Shown: one piece after another, positions 56,580 through 64,000 of the stretch
Layout: each line of letters starts with the position of its first letter
Numbering within the stretch: the stretch's first letter is position 1
Source: Leptogorgia sarmentosa
Lineage: Eukaryota
Assembly (NCBI GenBank): GCA_964658305.1
Contig: OZ210885.1
Location: 4,278,001-4,342,000 of the forward strand
Direction: 5' to 3'
DNA length: 64,000 bases
Position numbers and translations under genes: made by a program
The notes under the pieces: model-generated
What the model saw: only the letters and a program-made list of their open reading frames with translations
What the model was told of the DNA's origin: nothing
Databases searched by the model: none

Positions 56580-58940
56580 CATGCCAATTAGGTGAGAGTA
56601 CTATTCGGGGTTTCTTTGACTCACGGCATGTTACCGCTCGTCTACTGGGACGGCCATGTCATTCCCTGATAAAATGCTTTCTTGTTTCCATTTTTCATCA
56701 TTTCGAACCAGATCTTTAGGCATGTTCATCTTGGTTAAGACATGAAAAAACTTTTTCGAACCTGTTGGCATAAAATTCTTACGTGCTCTTACGGCATCCG
56801 AAATCAAATCCGATATGTTGGATTGTGGAATGCTTTCGCCTTCGATCTTAACTTCGCCTGTATTATCACATGTGATGATATCAGGACACATCTTCAGACC
56901 GTCGCTCTCTCTCACATTCTCTTGGGACCGTCTCTACAATAACTGCGTCAGATAGTTCGTGCATGGCACACTCTCTTCGTTTCCCGAATTTTCGATTTTA
57001 TGTCTTTGCTCGTATCTGTTCATCATATCTTCAGGGACCAAAACCATGCGTTTGACGTGTTTCATGACATCAAATTTCCGAGGATCCCTAAGGGAGGAAG
57101 AAGTAAGGCCGCAAGCAAACTTCCTCCTTCAGATTAAGGTATTGTTTTTTCGTTTTCTGGACACCTTCTTATCTGCCAGCGCAGGGAGATGTGTCTTGTA
57201 TTGTGCTAAACACTGCTTCTGACGCGATGTCAATGGGATGACGCCTTTAAGCACATTCAGCGAACACTCACAAATAGCGGCGATGATATCGGGCAGAACG
57301 TGATCGACAAAGAAGTTTTCGTAATTTTGGCTTGGATTTTGCCAGCACTTGTAAATAGGGAAGACTTCCCTTCATGCGCTTCGACATGGTGAAAATGAAC
57401 GTTTTGAACAGTTGACACGGTTTAAGTACGCTTCGCGTAAACAATTTGTCTCTCTCCAGGTAAGATGTTTGTTCTGAGACGTAGGTTTTCAGGTGTTAAC
57501 TGGTGACAGTCAATAAATTACCGTAAGGTTTGCTGCTAGCATCACAAAACGCTTCAAAAGATAGTTAGTGTGTTTTGGAAACATCTGTTTCGCCAGAGTT
57601 ATGTCCAACGAATCGCGTGGATTTCAAAATATCAGCATGTAATGGGCATTCACAAACTGATGGTACGGGATAATTTACCCGGTGGAAATACATTTTGTGT
57701 TAAGTACAACACAGATATTTCACGATGACGAGAACCGCGCATAAAGAGGTCTGCAACACATGGATCATTGGAACATTGAGTCATCAGATCGTCTAGCACA
57801 ATCAGACAATTGTCATGTCCCTTGGTTAGTTTATTTACGTCGTTTGGAAACCCTTCTATCAGTTCAACATTTGGAGGGAACTCATCGAATTCTTTTTGAA
57901 ATTCTCCATAACAATAAACTGTTTTGGTAGAAACAGGAGAAAACATTTCCTCTAAATGATTTAGCATACGACGAACCATATACGATTTACCGCATTGCGT
58001 TTGTCCACAAATATAGAAATTCGCAGGGGTTTTAAATCTTACATCCATCGCGACAAAACGTAAAATGAGTTTCACACTAAACGTTCACAGCTTTTATTTA
58101 AACTTTACAAATAATAGTTATTGATAATGTGTTTAATACAAGATCTTAACCTATGGAAGAAACTCTCTTCGATCTTGAACGCTGCAAAGTCAATGTCTTT
58201 CAAAGGCGTGGCCACTAAGCGAACAGCCTCAGGTGTCACATCCTCGGATTCCTTCAGCAAATAAACTATTGACAAGTAAGCCATAGCACGACCAAAATTA
58301 ATAACATGTATTTCAGTAAAAACCCTGGATATGTTGTCACGATTTACATATGCTAGCATAGGTTCATACTCCCATTTATATCATTTATATCATTCTATCA
58401 TACAATTCATGTGATGCGACAGGGTTTTCATGTTAATCTTCACATTGTTCTTTTGCTATTCATCTTAAATTAAGTCCATCCTCTTCTCTCAGCAGCACGA
58501 TAGCAAATAAGTAAAGCGAGTACAACAATCTGTTTATATAAGAACATTAATTAATATTCATAATAGCAGCCATTTTCCGAAACAAACAAACAAAAGTGGA
58601 AACACAAAAGTGCACAAACAACAACAACAACAACAAGTTATTTTTGAGAAAACGAAAATGCCAAAAGATAACAAAAAGAGGCCGAAAGGCATAGAAAACT
58701 TCGGAAAGAGAAAAAAAAAGGAAAACATTGAGAAGGCTAACTGCCTATTGAGAGCATGGAAAAATAGACACCCCGAAGTCGCATCAAAGGTTTTTAGACA
58801 ACTACAGGGACAAAGACAGTGCCCCAAGCTGTGCCGCAAGCTGTGTCCCAAGCTGTGCCCGAAGCTGTGCCGCAATAAGCCCCGACGGCAGTGAGCAGGC
58901 GACCTCCCTACAGGAGCTGGTGACCTCCCTGGGAGGGGAG
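56580..58940 (-). mobile_element. Decayed Polinton remnant (family B, right copy): Bcl-2-like, ATPase, PW-like and next core gene
   Basis: ATPase MDVRFKTPANFYICGQTQCGKS at 57650-58048; homologues of the 38252, 40187 and 40519 ORFs in the same order. 58439-58939 closely matches 2066-2593. Confidence 0.88.
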
Positions 58941-59387
58941 CCCCCAGCCAACATTTTCCCTCCTCAGTATCCTGCCAATTTTTTTCCTCAAGCACAAACT
59001 CAGCAAGCTACTCAAAATTGGGTGGCAAATTAGTATGGGCAAGCACCTGCTCAGGGACCTCAGCAAGCTCCTCGACCCAACAGAAATCCATTTGCAGACA
59101 ATGCAGTTGATGAGACACCTCAATCATGATATGCTGCAGTGAAGACTAGAGTGCAAGTCAAGTTTATTATTTCTACATCGACTATATCAAGACATATTGC
59201 TGTCTATATCAATTAAATGTTTGTTGATATTAATTTTTATCAATGTAAGTGTATGCACTTTTTTCAAGAACTTGTTAGACTATTAATCAACTGTTGTTTT
59301 TTCAAGAACTTGTTAGACTATTAATCAATTGTTAGAACTTTTGTTTTAAACATGTTAGAGACACCTGTTTTCATATTACATTTATTG

Positions 59388-59391
<4 letters not shown>

Positions 59392-59420
<29 letters not shown>
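59392..59420. repeat. (TA)n microsatellite
   Basis: Read directly from the sequence. Confidence 0.95.
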
Positions 59421-59425
<5 letters not shown>

Positions 59426-60647
59426 TATAATAATTATAATTACACCTAAAATGCTTTATGAATTAAATATTGTTGGGAATGCATTTCTAATTAGGGGGCT
59501 AAATAGAGGGTGGGGACTTAATGAGTTTTATCCAAAATTTTCAAGGTCCATATATTACACATGATAGCATATAATATATTACAAAATATATTCCTTTTTA
59601 TCAATTTTAATTGGCAAAATGACTAATCCCAGGGGCTAAGTGAGTTGGGGCTTAATAGAATGTGGACATTAAAAAGAGGATGGGGGCTTATTTAATTTTA
59701 CTAGATTCTTGGCAGGGCTCCAAATGAGCCTTGTTAAGGCTGGAAACCCAACTTTGAGGAAATTGCAAAAGTAGGCTGTTTTTTAAATAAATTCTAAAAG
59801 TAGGCAAACAGCCATGTATGAACTAGGCTCATAAATTAGATTGGATTTAACTTCCTTGGTCCCCGCCAGACAGCAGTAAATAGGTTTGACCTCAAAAGGT
59901 AAAAACACTATATATCATATTTCTTTGTTAATACTCTGCAATGCTATCGTCTTTCAATCCATTGGCCTACTATGCCTACAATGACATCATAGCCTACTTT
60001 CTTTCGGCTAAGAAAGCTGGGAACTACCTACTTTTTGTAAAGTAGGTAGTTCCCAGGCACCTGCGCACTATAAAGTAGGTAGTTTTTAGGCTTCTGCGCC
60101 ACAAAAAGTAGGTAGTTATCAGTCTCCTTTTAATCTTTAACTTTTCAGCCATCGTAACGCATATGCGTGCCTTACATTCCAAATATCATATCTAACAATG
60201 AAAACTAAGCATAATAATACAATATAACCATGTTTCTTGCAGCTGTGAAACGCCACAAAGATAATTATAAACAGTTAGCTAACAAGAAGCGTTACAATCA
60301 AAAGGCAACCCATAAGTTTTGAAGCTTTTTCTCATTTCTTTGCGCAGCTGTAGCATGAAGCGATCACGCGTAAAATGTAAATATCTGCGGTGTAAATGTA
60401 TAGCACACTCAAAATTATGCCGTACTTATATGATAAACATTAGCCAGTAAGAACTCGTGTGTAGACTGTAGTACTGTAAATGCAGGTTTTACTGTCGCAG
60501 AAAATAAGAATAAATTACTTTTAATTATAATTTTGTCTTATTCGAGCGTTGCTCGTGTATCACGCATGTATTCATATAAAGTTATAAACCTATCACGCAC
60601 ATCGGTTATTTAATTACTAGTAAAGTGCGTCATACTGGGCGTATTGC

Positions 60648-61051
60648 CACAGATTAAGAGCACCAGATATGTAACTTCGGCCAAAAAAGCGTAAGGGCTC
60701 CGTCACTGCGCATCACTTGCTGCGCATAGCTTAGCAAGTGCCACGATCGAAAGACAAAAATTGTAAAATATCGCAAATTAAGTGTCACCAACTCACTTTT
60801 CTCACACGCTTAGTGACATTGAAAGTTTTAAAGGCAAATTTAACAACCCAATCCTGTTTTAAGCAAACAAAAAGAGTTTATTTTCATGTTTGTTGTCTTT
60901 CAACTGCTGATTATTCGCCGCCATTTTGAAATTTTTCCGGGGGGTGAATGCCTCAAGTCACTTGCTAAGCTATGCGCAGCAAGTGATGCGCAGTGACGGA
61001 GCCCTTACGCTTTTTTGGCCGGAGTTACATATCTGGTGCTCTTAATCTGTG
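60648..61051. mobile_element. MITE with 93-bp TIRs and 7-bp TSD (P-element-like)
   Basis: CACAGATTAAGAGCACC...TTAGCAAGTG is mirrored at 60959-61051 with 1 mismatch; GTATTGC on both flanks. Confidence 0.9.
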
Positions 61052-61241
61052 GTATTGCTGAGTAACTACAAATGGTAACATCATTTTCTATAAAGGAATA
61101 GATGACGACTTGAAGCACCTTTAAACATGATGTCATCGTAGTAAAGCGCGGCTATAAAAACAATAACAATTACAAACTTACTCAGTCTTATGTGTGCAAG
61201 TGAAAGAAAAACAAAAAAAGTATAAAAGGTTTTAAAAAGCC

Positions 61242-64000
61242 ATGCTTAGAGCGAGGAACTACCGGTCTATCATCAGAAGATGTCCTCTAATAAATTGTTC
61301 GTATCGTAATTTCCGCCTCGACGATTTGAAGAAGCACCTCAGATTGAATCGTCATAAAATTAACAATGAGGACGTTGTGAATAGAATTTTGGAAATGGTA
61401 GGGAGCAATTCACTCCCGGAAGAAACTCTTCTACGTGTTCAAAATGACAATATTGTTCAAGTTATAGTGGGTTCACAGCTTGAAAAAACGGCATCTACGA
61501 TTCAAACAGCATCTACTATTCAAACAGCAATGCAATCGGAACAAGAGCAGAATGCCAGTGGTTCAGAAGTTCTTTCAACAGCAACACAGAACTTGCATAA
61601 TGATGGTGATGACGGTGATTTATCGTGTGACCAAAGACAACCCAGTGAGTCACTGCCGCCTAGACTACCACATGAAAGAGTGAGAACACCGCCCGGAGAC
61701 GCTAATTCATTGCCAGAAGCAGTTGCATCTTTACACGCTGCTATCCAGTAAATCAAAATTAATGAAAGAGACATGAAAACGGTACTTGAACAAACTAAAT
61801 CAGTTCTTCTTCTAAATCAGAGAGTAAAATTTCTGAAATAGATCAGCGTTTGCAAAAGACTGATACGATTACCACTAACGTTGACAACACTACACGGTCA
61901 TTGGCTCAGTTGCAAGCAACGTATTCCTGGCTTCAAGTAAAGTTACGGACGCCACCAAGTGTCCCGTTAGGCGCATGTAGTTTGTGTCAGCGTCATTCCT
62001 TGCAAATACGCCAACATCGTGGTTATTCTAGCATACAAAATTGGCTCAATTGTTCTGTTGCACTCGACTGCGATCATCGCGCACAAAAAGTTAAGCTACA
62101 CGAACAGTCTGAATGCCATAAGATATGTATGTCAACGGAAGAACAGAGGAAAAAGAATGCAATTTTTTCCTCCTCTCAAATTAACAAAAAAAAAGAAGAG
62201 GAGATTACTGAGCGATTCCTTCTGCGATGTTATGGATTGATACAGTGGCACGTACCATATAATCGATATCCATTTATTACATATCTGCACCACCTACAGG
62301 GAGTCGAAGTGGGAAACCGCCACCTAACCGATATGGCGATGGCTAGCGCTACTGACTGCATTTATGATGTGCAGTTACGTTCCTTGGTGAAGTTTATTAA
62401 CTCTTCCAATCCCTCTACTGGTCGTCTTCGACATTGCCATTTATCGTTCGATAAAGTTACGGTCGAGCACGTTACACGTCAAGTAGTAAACCTCAGACTT
62501 CTTGATCTCAATGGTGAACCTGTCTGCATCAATGGCAATCAGAGCGTCATTTCCCGCCACGAAGATCCTGTGCCCGACTATACCATTAGCCTCGGAGATA
62601 TCCTGTGGGAGACCATTCGAGTGATGCAAGAGGTGTGTTCTGCCACATCCACGACTTTCTACGCAAGCAACTAACAATGTCGAATGAAACCATTGGAAAG
62701 GTAGTCACTTCATCGTCTTCAGACTGCGAGGCTGTTTACATTGGTGAACTTCAAGGCCTCCAACGCCTTTGGAAAGAGAAATTTAATAAAGCCCATATTC
62801 ATTTTGGTGACAGAGCACACAAGATCGAATCAATGATAGGGAGCATACGCAAAGATACAGAAATGAAATGGCTGGACGATACTTTGTCTAAATTGGACAA
62901 TATCATTTCAAAAGTTTGTCAGTCACCAAAACAACACAGAGAACTGAGACATACGGCAACTCTTAGTCATTCACTGGTTAAAAGCATGAAAAGACTAGTC
63001 GAAACAAGGTTTATCCGTTATTTGGTTGGTTCGATTGATGCCGTCTTAACCAACGCCTATGTCCTGGAGTTGCTGTGGCAACAACAAGCTGCGGACGGAG
63101 ATAACGAAATTCGCGGTCATTTGAAGAATCTAGTAGATCCGCTTTTTCTTCCAACTTTGGTCATACTAGCTGACGTGTTTAGCCAGTCGGCATTCGCTAG
63201 TGAGATAAAGCCAATGTTGAGAAGTTTCTTCAAAAAGTGAAAAAAATTAACGAAGTGCCTGTTTTGGAAAATCCCTTAAACAAACGCCTACGACTCCACC
63301 ACCCAAGCATAAAGAATGGTATATTTACCCCGAATGCTGCTAAACCTGAGCAACATGGAAATATATTGCAACGTGACGTCGAATTTCAACCTCGACTAAG
63401 AGGCCACATCTTGACGCCAGATTTGATAACTCGGGCTGTTGGAGATAGGCTCAAGCAGTTAACCACTGCCGTCTTAGAAAAAGCACCAAGATTCCTATCT
63501 TTGACTGAACAAGAGCAGCACATCGTGAATATGTTTAATATCAGATCCTTCAATTTCCATAACCCTGTAAGTTTACGTGAACAGTTTAATAGCGATTTCC
63601 TTGCATTCGCCAGTCATCTCAACAACAGTAAACTTCCATTTCCTCGAGAACGTTGTGGTGAAGCATGCACTGGAATAAAATGTTCCTGCCTGTTAGACCA
63701 GTACATAACTTTCAAAGAAAGAGTTCGGGACAGACAACAAGGATCGATTTGAGGACGCCTGGTTTACGGAAAACGAGGCAGGCCAAGTAAGATGGAATAT
63801 AACAAGCGTTTTGAGCTATTTCCAGAAAACTGAATTCGGCTTGCATGAACAGATTCCAGATGTAGTCGAAATCATAGAAATATGTCTCATGTCCAGGTCA
63901 CAATCTGATACAGAAAGATTTGGTAAGTTAATGAAAGACGTCTCAGAGAAACGATTCGGCGGGAAGTTCAATGAAACGCACCATGATAAAGATAAAAGTG
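61242..64000 (+). pseudogene. Divergent hAT-like (ZNF862/C17orf113-type) transposase, frameshifted, running off the window; possible left end CAGGGCTC at 59713
   Basis: N-terminal C2H2 finger, HEQSECH, SFDKVT, SSDCEAV, DRAHKIE, ETRF and SQSDTERFG. Confidence 0.6.

Overview
This is animal genomic DNA, AT-rich and almost entirely mobile elements; the repeat style suggests a cnidarian host, which is an inference. The centrepiece is a 20.1-kb endogenous Maverick/Polinton virus-like element (30859-50990). It has AGTAGT...ACTACT ends, 161-bp identical TIRs and a perfect 6-bp TSD (CTACTC), and it sits in the 3' UTR of a CR1/L2-group LINE. Core genes are an intron-containing protein-primed PolB, packaging ATPase, adenain-type protease, major capsid protein and a chromodomain integrase. 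Unusual cargo includes a complete intronless tRNA-Tyr(GTA)-like gene beside the right TIR, a 729-aa collagen-shaft fibre-like protein, a Bcl-2-like ORF, a GRF zinc-finger gene, a DEDD nuclease and three small tandem paralogues. The canonical penton gene appears collapsed to 40 codons, and a second penton-like gene lies after the ATPase. Around it are two full-length PIF/Harbinger transposons, one inserted in the splice donor of a PIAS-like host gene. There are also two remnants of a second Polinton family, piggyBac, Tc1, P, hAT and IS3EU-like (HECT-associated) relics, and several nested MITEs. All family assignments come from motif recognition by eye; no searches were run.
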